Of a stretch of 64,000 nucleotides of DNA, positions 34,053 through 43,079 are shown in pieces. The position numbers and the translations under genes were made by a program. The notes beneath the pieces were generated by a model. It was not told the DNA's origin and did no database searches. It worked only from the letters and a program-made list of their open reading frames with translations. Source of the DNA: an uncultured bacterium (GTDB lineage: Bacteria > Fidelibacterota > Marinisomatia > Marinisomatales > UBA1611); contig CALSPG010000005.1 in NCBI GenBank assembly GCA_943788175.1, forward strand, positions 224,001 to 288,000, in the 5' to 3' direction. The first letter of the stretch is position 1. Every line of letters starts with the position of its first letter.

Positions 34053-34733
34053 ATGAATAAAATTTATAGATACAGTTATTTGACCTTAGTTACTGCTTCG
34101 TTTTTTGTGCTGCCTAATTGTTCTGGTAAAAAGAAACTGGATGATAGCTATAAGAAACCTATTAATACTCTATCTGAAAACTCTATAAGCTTAGCTTCTG
34201 GACAATACGAATTTGCCAAAACTTCTAGTGAAGTGCTCTGGGAATGTATGTGGCTAGGAGGAGCAAAGCACAATGGCAGTGTTCAGCTTATTGAGGGAGC
34301 TTTGGATATTTCCAAGAGCGGTCAAATAAGCGGTGCTTTTGTTGTTAGTTTAGATTCTATTAAGTGTTTTGATTTAAAAAATAAAGGTACAAATCAAAAA
34401 CTTATCAGTCACCTTAAAAGTGATGATTTTTTTGATGTTGAAAACTATCCAAAAGCGACTATTCAATTATTAAATGCTGAGCCTACAGGCGGTAATAATT
34501 TTAGATTTGAGGGCGACCTTATGATAAAGGGGAAATCTCACCCAATAGTATTTAATGGTCAAGTAATAGATCATCAAACTTATTATGAAGCTAGTTTAGA
34601 TCTGGTTTTTGATAGATCAAAATATGATGTCAGATACCGATCTGCTAGCTTATTTTCTGACCTCGGGGATAGAATAATCGCAGATGATGTCAAATTAAGT
34701 ATAAATGTGAATCTCAATAGATTAGAAAGATAA
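34053..34733 (+). CDS. YceI-family lipid/isoprenoid-binding lipoprotein
   Basis: Lipobox-like Cys; HNG, HLKSDDFFDVENYP, GDLMIKG, FDRSKYD. Confidence 0.85.
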   Translation: MNKIYRYSYLTLVTASFFVLPNCSGKKKLDDSYKKPINTLSENSISLASGQYEFAKTSSEVLWECMWLGGAKHNGSVQLIEGALDISKSGQISGAFVVSLDSIKCFDLKNKGTNQKLISHLKSDDFFDVENYPKATIQLLNAEPTGGNNFRFEGDLMIKGKSHPIVFNGQVIDHQTYYEASLDLVFDRSKYDVRYRSASLFSDLGDRIIADDVKLSINVNLNRLER

Positions 34734-34736
34734 AAG

Positions 34737-35270
34737 GTGATGAATACCAAAATTAAAATAATCATCAATATCGTGGGCTTTTATATTGGGTGGTGGGGTT
34801 GTATTCTTGGGTCTTCAAACGGGTATCCATACATAGGTCCGCTTTTAATGCTTGTCTTTATAATTATTCATGGAAAATATTTTATTGGTAATGCAAAAGA
34901 ATTACAATTAATAGTCATAATGGGGTTAGTTGGTACTCTCGTTGACAGCTGTCTTTTCTTTTCACAATCTTTTGTATATGCGGGAGCTTATTCAGAAAAT
35001 CTATTTATTGCGCCTTTATGGATTACGGCAATGTGGGCAGGTTTTGCCGCTACGGTTAACCATTCAATGACTTTTTTTAAAGGTAAATGGATCCTTATGA
35101 TTGTCGCTGGTGCAATATTTGGGCCAGCAGCCTACTACACAGGCGAAGGCTTTGGCGCCATAACATTTCAATTGTCTCCTTTGTTATCAACTTTAATTAT
35201 TGGTGCTGTTTGGGCTGTTGCTATGCCATTGGTATTTTTTATAAATGAGAAGCTAGGATTAGGTGGTTAA
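34737..35270 (+). CDS. DUF2878-like membrane protein
   Basis: N..GFYIGWWGC, PLWITAMW..F..T.NHS, GP.AY; usual neighbour of DUF1365/cfa clusters. Confidence 0.75.
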   Translation: MMNTKIKIIINIVGFYIGWWGCILGSSNGYPYIGPLLMLVFIIIHGKYFIGNAKELQLIVIMGLVGTLVDSCLFFSQSFVYAGAYSENLFIAPLWITAMWAGFAATVNHSMTFFKGKWILMIVAGAIFGPAAYYTGEGFGAITFQLSPLLSTLIIGAVWAVAMPLVFFINEKLGLGG

Positions 35271-35820
35271 TATTTTGAAAAAGTACACACTCACACTGGT
35301 TCTTTCTCTTTTAATTTATTCTAATTGTGAGGGTTTTATGAGCGATAATAAGAAATTTGGAGAATTAGAGACAGTTGACTATGTTGACTTAAAAAGATTT
35401 ATGGGAGATTGGTATGTAATTGCAAATATACCTACCTTCATTGAAAAAGGAGCTGTAAATGCTATTGAGTCGTACAGGCTTGACTCTAAAGGTAGGGTTC
35501 AAACTACTTTTACTTTCAGAAAAGACTCTCTAACTGGTCCTCAAAAAAAGTATAATCCAACAGGCTTCATTTACAATAAAGAAACAAACTCTGAATGGAG
35601 AATGCAGTTCCTATGGCCATTTAAATCACCTTTTTTGATTATTGACCTCGATGAAAAATACAATTACACTGTTATAGGTGTACCGAATAGAAAGTATGTT
35701 TGGATAATGGCGAGAAACCATGTTCTAGATGATAAGGTTTATAATGAAATAATTTCTAAACTTGAAAAAGTTGGTTATGACATCACCCAAATTCAAAAAA
35801 TTGAGCAGAATTGGGACTAG
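35263..35820 (+). CDS. blc: Bacterial lipocalin
   Basis: VDLKRFMGDWYVIA, QFLWPF, YVWIMAR. Confidence 0.85.
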   Translation: MVNILKKYTLTLVLSLLIYSNCEGFMSDNKKFGELETVDYVDLKRFMGDWYVIANIPTFIEKGAVNAIESYRLDSKGRVQTTFTFRKDSLTGPQKKYNPTGFIYNKETNSEWRMQFLWPFKSPFLIIDLDEKYNYTVIGVPNRKYVWIMARNHVLDDKVYNEIISKLEKVGYDITQIQKIEQNWD

Positions 35821-35851
35821 TCTTTTCTATGCCTAAAGTTTAGTCCATTTA

Positions 35852-37099
35852 ATGAAATTAGCAATAATAGGTTCTGGTATCTCTGGATTGACAGCTGGCC
35901 ATTTGTTAAATAGAAAACATGACATATCTATTTTTGAAGCAAATGATTACATCGGTGGACACACACATACGCATAATTTAAAGGTTAGAAATAAAGACTA
36001 TTTAATTGACACTGGGTTTATCGTATATAATGAAAGAACATATCCTAGTTTTATAAATTTATTAGACAAATTGGGTGTCGAACGACAGCTTTCTACGATG
36101 GGCTTTAGCGTGAAGTCTACTAGCGAAGATTATGAATATTCAGGTGAGTCAATAAATAGCCTGTTTGCGAAAAGATCAAATATTTTTCGTTTAAGCTTTT
36201 TAAAGATGCTCTATGAAATGTATAAATTTGGTAAGGAAGCAGATTCAAGTGGTTTAGGCTTAAATGCTTCGACCACTCTAGGTGAATATTTAAAAGAAAA
36301 AAAGTATTCAAAAGAGTTTATTCATTATTTTATTACGCCAATGGGTGCGGCAATCTGGTCAACACCAGCAAACAAAGTACTAGACATGCCTGCATATTTT
36401 TTCATTAAATTTTTTTACAACCATGGCATGCTCGAAATATCTAATCGGCCTAATTGGTGGGTTATAAAAAATGGCTCTTCTCAGTACATAAGTAAAATCA
36501 TTAAAGGCTTTGAAGAAAAAATTTATTTATCATCACCAATCAAAAAGGTTGTAAGAACAGGTGATGGCATTGAATTATTTTTAGTTAAAAATGATAAAAA
36601 ATTAAACTTTGACGCTGTTATTTTTGCTACGCATAGTGACCAAGCTCTTAGTCTATTAGAGTCTCCATCTGATTTAGAAGAGGAAATACTTAAATCATTT
36701 CCTTATCAAAAAAATGAAGTTCTTTTGCATACAGATGCTACGGTTTTACCTAAGAGAAAATTAGCTTGGGCCAGTTGGAACTATCAGCTTGATGCTGATC
36801 CAAGTGCACCAGTAATTTTAACGTATAATATGAATATTCTACAATCAATTCAAAGTGATCAAACTTTTTGCGTGACTCTAAATGACCATGATTCAGTCGA
36901 TCAAAGTAAAGTAATCAAGAAGTTAAGCTATGATCACCCCTTGTTTACGGTGGACGCTGTAGCAGCGCAAAAAAGGAAACATGAAATTAGCGGTATAAAT
37001 AATACTTACTATTGCGGGGCATATTGGAGAAATGGTTTTCATGAAGACGGCGTAGTTAGTGCGTTGGATGTTTGTGAACAGTTCGGGGAAATATTGTGA
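35852..37099 (+). CDS. FAD-dependent oxidoreductase (amine-oxidase family, UfaD-like)
   Basis: GSGISG, GGHTHT, DTGFIVYNERTYP, AWASWNY, CGAYWRNGFHEDG. Confidence 0.85.
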   Translation: MKLAIIGSGISGLTAGHLLNRKHDISIFEANDYIGGHTHTHNLKVRNKDYLIDTGFIVYNERTYPSFINLLDKLGVERQLSTMGFSVKSTSEDYEYSGESINSLFAKRSNIFRLSFLKMLYEMYKFGKEADSSGLGLNASTTLGEYLKEKKYSKEFIHYFITPMGAAIWSTPANKVLDMPAYFFIKFFYNHGMLEISNRPNWWVIKNGSSQYISKIIKGFEEKIYLSSPIKKVVRTGDGIELFLVKNDKKLNFDAVIFATHSDQALSLLESPSDLEEEILKSFPYQKNEVLLHTDATVLPKRKLAWASWNYQLDADPSAPVILTYNMNILQSIQSDQTFCVTLNDHDSVDQSKVIKKLSYDHPLFTVDAVAAQKRKHEISGINNTYYCGAYWRNGFHEDGVVSALDVCEQFGEIL

Positions 37100-37860
37100 A
37101 TTTATCAACCGAACATTTTCTATATACGGGTATTGTTAAGCATCGTAGATATACCCCATTCAATAGAGAGTTTTCTTATCCTATTTTTATGCTTTATCTT
37201 GATATAAATGATTTAAATAATGTAATGGAAAAATCAATTTTGTGGAATGTTAATAAAGCAGCAATGGTTTCATTTAATAGGAATGATTATCATAATGCAA
37301 AGACAAAATCTCTTGACCAGGCTGTCCGAGATACAGTTCAAAAAAAAGTTGGAGACAGACCTACCGGTAAAATCAGAATGCTGGCCCACCTCCGATATTT
37401 TGGTTATTGTTTTAATCCTGTAACTTTTTATTATTGTTTCAATCTCGAAGATAATAAGGTTGATTTTATTTTAGCGGAGGTTACAAATACACCGTGGGGA
37501 GAGAGGCACTCATACGTCTTAAGTGCTTCAAAAGATTCAAAGGAAAAAATCAAATCAACAATGAAGAAAGAACTTCATGTATCGCCTTTTTGGGACATGG
37601 ACCATCTGTATGACTGGAGTTTTAGCAGTCCGACAGAAAAGCTAGGTGTTTATATGAAAAATTTTAAAGAAGGGGAAAAAGTTTTTGATGCTACGCTTAA
37701 TTTGAAGAGACTTATTTTAAGTAAGAAGAGTTTATTGGTTACGATTTTTAAATTTCCATTTATGACGATAAAAGTCGTCTTTTGGATACATCTTCAAGCT
37801 TTTTTTTTATGGCTTCGTGGCGCAACTTTCTTTATCCATCCAAGCAAAACTAACAACTAA
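37096..37860 (+). CDS. DUF1365 family protein (UfaO-like)
   Basis: HRR..P, GYCFNPVTFYYC, EVTNTPWGERHSY, HVSPF, IHLQA..LW. Confidence 0.88.
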   Translation: MNLSTEHFLYTGIVKHRRYTPFNREFSYPIFMLYLDINDLNNVMEKSILWNVNKAAMVSFNRNDYHNAKTKSLDQAVRDTVQKKVGDRPTGKIRMLAHLRYFGYCFNPVTFYYCFNLEDNKVDFILAEVTNTPWGERHSYVLSASKDSKEKIKSTMKKELHVSPFWDMDHLYDWSFSSPTEKLGVYMKNFKEGEKVFDATLNLKRLILSKKSLLVTIFKFPFMTIKVVFWIHLQAFFLWLRGATFFIHPSKTNN

Positions 37861-37878
37861 TTTATAGAGAGATTTTAA

Positions 37879-39150
37879 ATGGCGAAAAAATTTTCAATTG
37901 AACAAGCTGCGTCTAGTACAACAATAAAAAGTAAGCCGAGTATTTTGGCGAAAATTTTTAAAAATTTAATATTATCACAATTTAGAAAAATTAATCATGG
38001 ATGTATTATTTTAAACGAAGGTAATAAAAAGATTATATTTGGTGACCAAGGGTCATCTTTAAAAGCAGAGGTAAATATTTATTCAGATGAATTTTACATT
38101 TTGGCTGGTAGCGGCGGGGACCTTGGAATTGCAGAGGCTTATGCTGCGGGTTACTGGGACGCAGATGATATGGTAAAACTAATTCAAATTGTAATTAAAA
38201 ATCAGGAAGTACAAAAAAGCTTAGAAGGGGGCCTAGCAAAATTAATTAGTCCAATTAATAGGTATATCCATAGGTCTCGTAGAAATACAGTTTCAGGTAG
38301 TAAAGAAAATATTGTAGCGCATTATGATTTAAGCAATGAGTTTTTTCAGACATGGTTAGATAAAAGCATGACTTACTCATGTGCTATTTTTGAACCAGAA
38401 GATTTATCCTTATTTGATGCTTCAAAAGAAAAGTTAGATCGTATTTGCCGCAAATTAGATATCCAAGCTGAAGATCATGTTGTTGAAATAGGAACCGGTT
38501 GGGGTAGCTTTGCTGTACATGCTGCGAAACAATATGGTTGTCGAGTAACAACAACTACGATTTCCAACGAGCAGCACGCTTATGTTTCTAATTTAATTGA
38601 AAAGGAAGGTCTGAGAGATAAAATAACATTGCTAAAAAATGATTACAGAGAGATTAAAGGACAATATGATAAACTTGTTTCTATTGAAATGATTGAGGCA
38701 GTTGGTTATAATTTTATACAGCAATTTTTTCAAACATGTTCAGATTTGCTTAAGCCCAATGGCTTGATGGCAATACAAGGGATTACTTATCACGAGCAGG
38801 GATTTGATAATCATCTTAATTCTGTTGATTTTATCAAAAAATATATTTTCCCGGGTTCAAATCTTATTTCAGTTAATCATGTTCTATCAGTTATTAAAGA
38901 TTTTACTGATCTTTCTTTAGTTCATTTAGAGGATATAACAAAATATTATGCTGAGACTTTAAAATTATGGAGGGAAAAATATAAAAAGGAGATGAGCAAA
39001 ATAAAAAAAATGGGATATAGTGATGAGTTTTTGAGAATGTGGGATTACTATTTTATTTATTGTGAGGCTGGGTTTAGGGAAAGATTTATTGGTGATGTTC
39101 AGCTTGTTATGGCGAAACCAAAAAACAAAAATATTCAAATAAACTATTAA
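37879..39150 (+). CDS. Cyclopropane-fatty-acyl synthase family methyltransferase (UfaM-like)
   Basis: HYDLSNEFF, MTYSCA, EIGTGWG, SIEMIEAVG, YIFPG, YCEAGF. Confidence 0.9.
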   Translation: MAKKFSIEQAASSTTIKSKPSILAKIFKNLILSQFRKINHGCIILNEGNKKIIFGDQGSSLKAEVNIYSDEFYILAGSGGDLGIAEAYAAGYWDADDMVKLIQIVIKNQEVQKSLEGGLAKLISPINRYIHRSRRNTVSGSKENIVAHYDLSNEFFQTWLDKSMTYSCAIFEPEDLSLFDASKEKLDRICRKLDIQAEDHVVEIGTGWGSFAVHAAKQYGCRVTTTTISNEQHAYVSNLIEKEGLRDKITLLKNDYREIKGQYDKLVSIEMIEAVGYNFIQQFFQTCSDLLKPNGLMAIQGITYHEQGFDNHLNSVDFIKKYIFPGSNLISVNHVLSVIKDFTDLSLVHLEDITKYYAETLKLWREKYKKEMSKIKKMGYSDEFLRMWDYYFIYCEAGFRERFIGDVQLVMAKPKNKNIQINY

Positions 39151-39157
39151 AAAAACT

Positions 39158-40198
39158 ATGATAAAAAATTTAATTGATTTAGCAGAGAAAGGCATTTTAC
39201 CGGACTTTTTAATTCGTAGCGGAATTAGAAGAATGCAAAAAGAAAGAATTTTATGGTCGAAGTCTAAGACTGTTTCGGAGGTTGAAAAGCATCATCAGAA
39301 TTGGGTTGATGAGATGAAAAAAAGCTCAATTGCTTATGTTCCTGAGAAAGCAAATTCGCAGCATTATGAAGTGCCTCCAGCTTTTTTTGAAAATGCTCTT
39401 GGGGTCCACCTTAAGTACAGTTCTGGTTATTGGCCAGAGGGTATTAGTACGCTTGATGATTCTGAGTTGGCGATGTTAGAGTTAAGCGCTGAACGTGCAG
39501 AAATTTCAAATGGGGATCAAATTCTTGAATTGGGTTGTGGTTGGGGTTCTTTGACTATGTATATGGCAAAAAAATATCCTGACAGCTCAATTACGGCTGT
39601 TAGCAATTCTAGAGATCAAAGAAAATTCATAGAGGCGAAGTGTAAAAAGAGATCTATAAATAATGTAAAAGTAATTACAAAAGACATGAATGACTTCACA
39701 ATTGAAGAAAAATTTGATAAAATTGTTTCAATTGAAATGTTTGAGCACATGAGAAATTATGAGCAATTATTAGATAAGGTTGCTAGCTGGTTAAAACCAG
39801 GTGGAAAATTATTCATTCATATTTTTACACATAAAACATTAGTATATCCTTTCACTGAAGATGGTGAGGGTGATTGGATGGGGAGGAATTTTTTCAGCGG
39901 CGGCATTATGCCATCGCATCAGCTTCTATTATATTTTCAAAATAAATTGAATATTGAAGAGAGCTGGCGTTTTAATGGCTCACATTATGAGCAGACATCA
40001 CTTGCCTGGCTTAAAAAAATGGATAGTAATAAAAAAGAAATTATGAGCATTTTTGAAAATACTTATGGAGCAGGAGATGCTAAAATATGGTTTCAAAGAT
40101 GGAGAATTTTCTTTATGGCTTGCGAAGTCTTATTTGGTTATGATGGTGGCAAAGAATGGGGAGTTTCACATTACAGGTTTGTAAAATCTGGCAAATAG
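39158..40198 (+). CDS. Second cfa/CNMT-like SAM methyltransferase
   Basis: ANSQHYEVP, LKYSS, ELGCGWGS, SIEMFEHMRNY, QRWRIFFMAC. Confidence 0.88.
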   Translation: MIKNLIDLAEKGILPDFLIRSGIRRMQKERILWSKSKTVSEVEKHHQNWVDEMKKSSIAYVPEKANSQHYEVPPAFFENALGVHLKYSSGYWPEGISTLDDSELAMLELSAERAEISNGDQILELGCGWGSLTMYMAKKYPDSSITAVSNSRDQRKFIEAKCKKRSINNVKVITKDMNDFTIEEKFDKIVSIEMFEHMRNYEQLLDKVASWLKPGGKLFIHIFTHKTLVYPFTEDGEGDWMGRNFFSGGIMPSHQLLLYFQNKLNIEESWRFNGSHYEQTSLAWLKKMDSNKKEIMSIFENTYGAGDAKIWFQRWRIFFMACEVLFGYDGGKEWGVSHYRFVKSGK

Positions 40199-40213
40199 CT
40201 TGTATAATTAAAT

Positions 40214-40942
40214 ATGACGATTATAATATTATTTATTTTACATTGGTATTCTTCGCTGTTTTTTCAAACAGTGTTCTTGCACCGTTATGCTTCCCATCAA
40301 ATGTTTACTATGTCAAAAACATGGGAGCGAATATTTTTTTTCTGTACGTTTTTAACGCAAGGTTCCTCTTTTCTTAATCCTAGAGCTTATGCAATACTCC
40401 ATAGGCTTCACCATAAATATAGTGACACAAAAAATGATCCGCATTCCCCTATATTTTCAAAAAATATTATAAAACTAAATCTTAATACCATAAAGCACTA
40501 TGAGTCCGTAAGACTCAATAAAAAAGACTATTCAAAATATGACACTGATGTTCCGAGGTGGCCATCTTTAGAAAAGATATCTGACCACTGGATAACAAGA
40601 TTATCTTTTGTAGTTTTTTACAGTCTAATCTATTTAAAGTTTACCACTGCAAATTGGCAGTATGCTCTGCTACCTATTCATTTTATCATGGGGCCTCTTC
40701 ATGGTTCTATAGTCAATTGGTGTGGGCACCGATACGGGTATACAAATGATAAAAAAACAAAAGACAATTCAAAAAATACACTACCTGTCGATTTTTTAAT
40801 GATGGGTGAACTTTTTCAAAATAATCACCACAGTAATCCATCTAAAATGAAATTTTCGCGACGATGGTTTGAGTTAGATCCCGGATACATTGCTGCGAAG
40901 ATACTTTCAAAAATAAATATACTCAGAATAAAAAACGCTTAA
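40214..40942 (+). CDS. Membrane fatty-acid (acyl-CoA) desaturase
   Basis: His boxes HRYASH, HRLHH, QNNHH. Confidence 0.88.
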   Translation: MTIIILFILHWYSSLFFQTVFLHRYASHQMFTMSKTWERIFFFCTFLTQGSSFLNPRAYAILHRLHHKYSDTKNDPHSPIFSKNIIKLNLNTIKHYESVRLNKKDYSKYDTDVPRWPSLEKISDHWITRLSFVVFYSLIYLKFTTANWQYALLPIHFIMGPLHGSIVNWCGHRYGYTNDKKTKDNSKNTLPVDFLMMGELFQNNHHSNPSKMKFSRRWFELDPGYIAAKILSKINILRIKNA

Positions 40943-40987
40943 AACGCTCAAAAGTACTTGACATTTACCATTTAGGCTAAATAATAT
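40932..40987 (+). promoter_or_regulatory. 9-bp tandem repeat site plus sigma70 promoter
   Basis: AAAACGCTT-AAAACGCTC-A (40932-40950), 7 nt, TTGACA (40958-40963), 18 nt, TAATAT. The ATG at 40993 follows 5 nt later. Confidence 0.65.
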
Positions 40988-40992
40988 ATGCC

Positions 40993-41247
40993 ATGGCAAA
41001 TAACGTTCAAAGTATTGAAAACAACATAACGGTTAAAAAGTATGGTAGTCATGTTAAGATTAGCATGGGAGCTACATATTGTATCATTTCTTGTTCAATT
41101 CATAAGATATCTGAATTCGTCAAAGTTGTAGATAACATGTTCTTAGACGGATGGGATGCTACTTCTGGAATTACATCAGAAGACGGTATGGTGTTTCAAT
41201 CGATGACAAAAATGTCAATAAATAATAACCAATCAAACAGTAATTAA
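40993..41247 (+). CDS. Hypothetical protein (84 aa)
   Basis: ORF fills the gap between the promoter and the next RBS; no family recognised. Confidence 0.6.
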   Translation: MANNVQSIENNITVKKYGSHVKISMGATYCIISCSIHKISEFVKVVDNMFLDGWDATSGITSEDGMVFQSMTKMSINNNQSNSN

Positions 41248-41258
41248 GGAGTTTTGTT

Positions 41259-41501
41259 ATGACAATATTACAAGCTGTCGCTGCTGGGTTAGAAAACACA
41301 GAAAAGCGCAAAGAGCCAAAGAAAAAAGCAGATAGGTATTTTCTAGACGGAAAAGTTGCCGACAGAGAGTTAAAAGCTTGCAACCTATGTAAAATCGTAT
41401 GGCAAAAGCACGTTTTCAATGGTAAAACAACAATCAAGTATTATGATGAAGTTCCAAGATATGGAAAATCTCAGCAAATATGCCCAAGTTGTAGTCAATA
41501 A
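41259..41501 (+). CDS. Small hypothetical zinc-ribbon-like protein
   Basis: AAGGAG RBS; CNLC and CPSC pairs. Confidence 0.7.
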   Translation: MTILQAVAAGLENTEKRKEPKKKADRYFLDGKVADRELKACNLCKIVWQKHVFNGKTTIKYYDEVPRYGKSQQICPSCSQ

Positions 41502-42213
41502 TTGAATATTTTAATAGTAAATGGATCTGGGGCCATTGGGTCCTCCATTATCAAGGGCTTGAATGATAAGTCTGTAAACCTAATCATCACTTCAAGCACA
41601 GGCGAAGATGTGCATGGCAACAAGACAATGCATTGGAAATATTCAGGTAGTGATTCTGTTGAATCGCTCTTCGAATCCATCAAAAACGAGCATAGTCAAC
41701 TTGATTCAGTTGTAAATTGTCTAGGATCAATTTTCTCTAAAGCCAGCTCACTTAACGAGTGTACAAGATTTTGATGAAGTTTTGGATATTAATTTAAAGT
41801 CTTCCTTTCTTATACTGAAAAACTCAGTACCAATGATGAGGAAAAATGGTGGAAATCTTCTTTTTTTCTCATCAGCAGCATCAAGCATAGGAATGGCTAA
41901 TCATGAAGCCATCTCTGCAGCCAAAGGAGGTATAGAGGCTATGGTAAGGTCCGCGGCTGCAACATATGCTAAGAATAATATTAAAGTAAATGCTATTGCT
42001 CCGGGTCTAGTTGATTCTAATTTATCAAAAAATATAGTTTCTAATGAAGCGGCATTAAATGTGTCAAAGAGAATGCACAGTGTTGGGAGAATTGGGACGC
42101 CTGATGATATTTCCAAATTTGCTATTCCATTAATTGTCGATAATAGTAGTTGGGTAACTGGTTCAATCATTAATATTGATGGAGGACTTTCAACTACTAA
42201 AATAGCGAGTTAA
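41502..42213 (+). CDS. Short-chain dehydrogenase (SDR); +1 frameshift at ~41735
   Basis: GSGAIG. Removing one base gives GSIFLKPAHLTSVQDFDEVLDINL, joining HEAISAAKGG, VNAIAPG, IDGG. Confidence 0.85.
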
Positions 42214-42216
42214 TAA

Positions 42217-42513
42217 ATGGATAGTATAGATCATATTGCAGTACAGACAGATTCAATAATTGATTCTGTAAAATGGTATAAAGAGATGTTTTCATGTGAA
42301 GTTGAATATGAAGATGATTCTTGGGCATTATTAAAATTTGAAAACACAAAGCTGGCCCTAGTCATTCCGAACCAGCACCCACCACACATTGCTGTTAAAA
42401 GGGATAACTTAGAGAGCTTTGGCTCTCCAGTCAAACATAGAGATGGTTCAGAATCAGTGTACGTAAAATCCCCAGACAACAATACATTCGAGTTGATTAG
42501 ATATCCTAAATAA
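42217..42513 (+). CDS. VOC/glyoxalase family protein
   Basis: IDHIAV, HIAV, YVKSPDNNTFEL. Confidence 0.8.
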   Translation: MDSIDHIAVQTDSIIDSVKWYKEMFSCEVEYEDDSWALLKFENTKLALVIPNQHPPHIAVKRDNLESFGSPVKHRDGSESVYVKSPDNNTFELIRYPK

Positions 42514-43053
42514 ATGAAGCGTTACACAGTAATATTCCTAATTTTTATTGCAAACTTAATTTTTGCAGGAAGTCAAAACATGACGGAAAACATTTATAAC
42601 ATTAAAATAAAAAATGTTTATGGAGAAGAAACATCATTAAAAGTTTATCAGGGAAAGAAAATTCTAATTGTTAACGTTGCTTCAAACTGCGGATATACTA
42701 GTCAATATAAAGGCCTTCAACAGTTACAAGATCAGTACGGAGATAAGCTACAAGTCATTGCTTTCCCTTGTAATGATTTCGGTTCTCAAGAACCTGGAAC
42801 AGACAAACAAATTGCTCAGTTTTGCGAATCTAATTACAATGTAAAATTTCCAGTAATGAGCAAAATAAACATTAAAAGCAAGCCTATCCATCCAATTTAT
42901 GAATGGTTGTCAACCAGTGAGCTAAATGGGTGGAATGATTCAAAACCTAGGTGGAACTTTTACAAATACCTAATTGATGAAAATGGAAATTTAATCAAAT
43001 CCTTTGGAAGCAATACTAGTCCTTTAAGTTCTGAAATTATTCAAAGTTTATAG
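42514..43053 (+). CDS. Glutathione peroxidase (Cys form) with signal peptide
   Basis: VNVASNCGYT, AFPCNDFGSQEPG, WNFYKYL. Confidence 0.92.
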   Translation: MKRYTVIFLIFIANLIFAGSQNMTENIYNIKIKNVYGEETSLKVYQGKKILIVNVASNCGYTSQYKGLQQLQDQYGDKLQVIAFPCNDFGSQEPGTDKQIAQFCESNYNVKFPVMSKINIKSKPIHPIYEWLSTSELNGWNDSKPRWNFYKYLIDENGNLIKSFGSNTSPLSSEIIQSL

Positions 43054-43079
43054 TAATTAATACTTAAAGGTATTGAATT

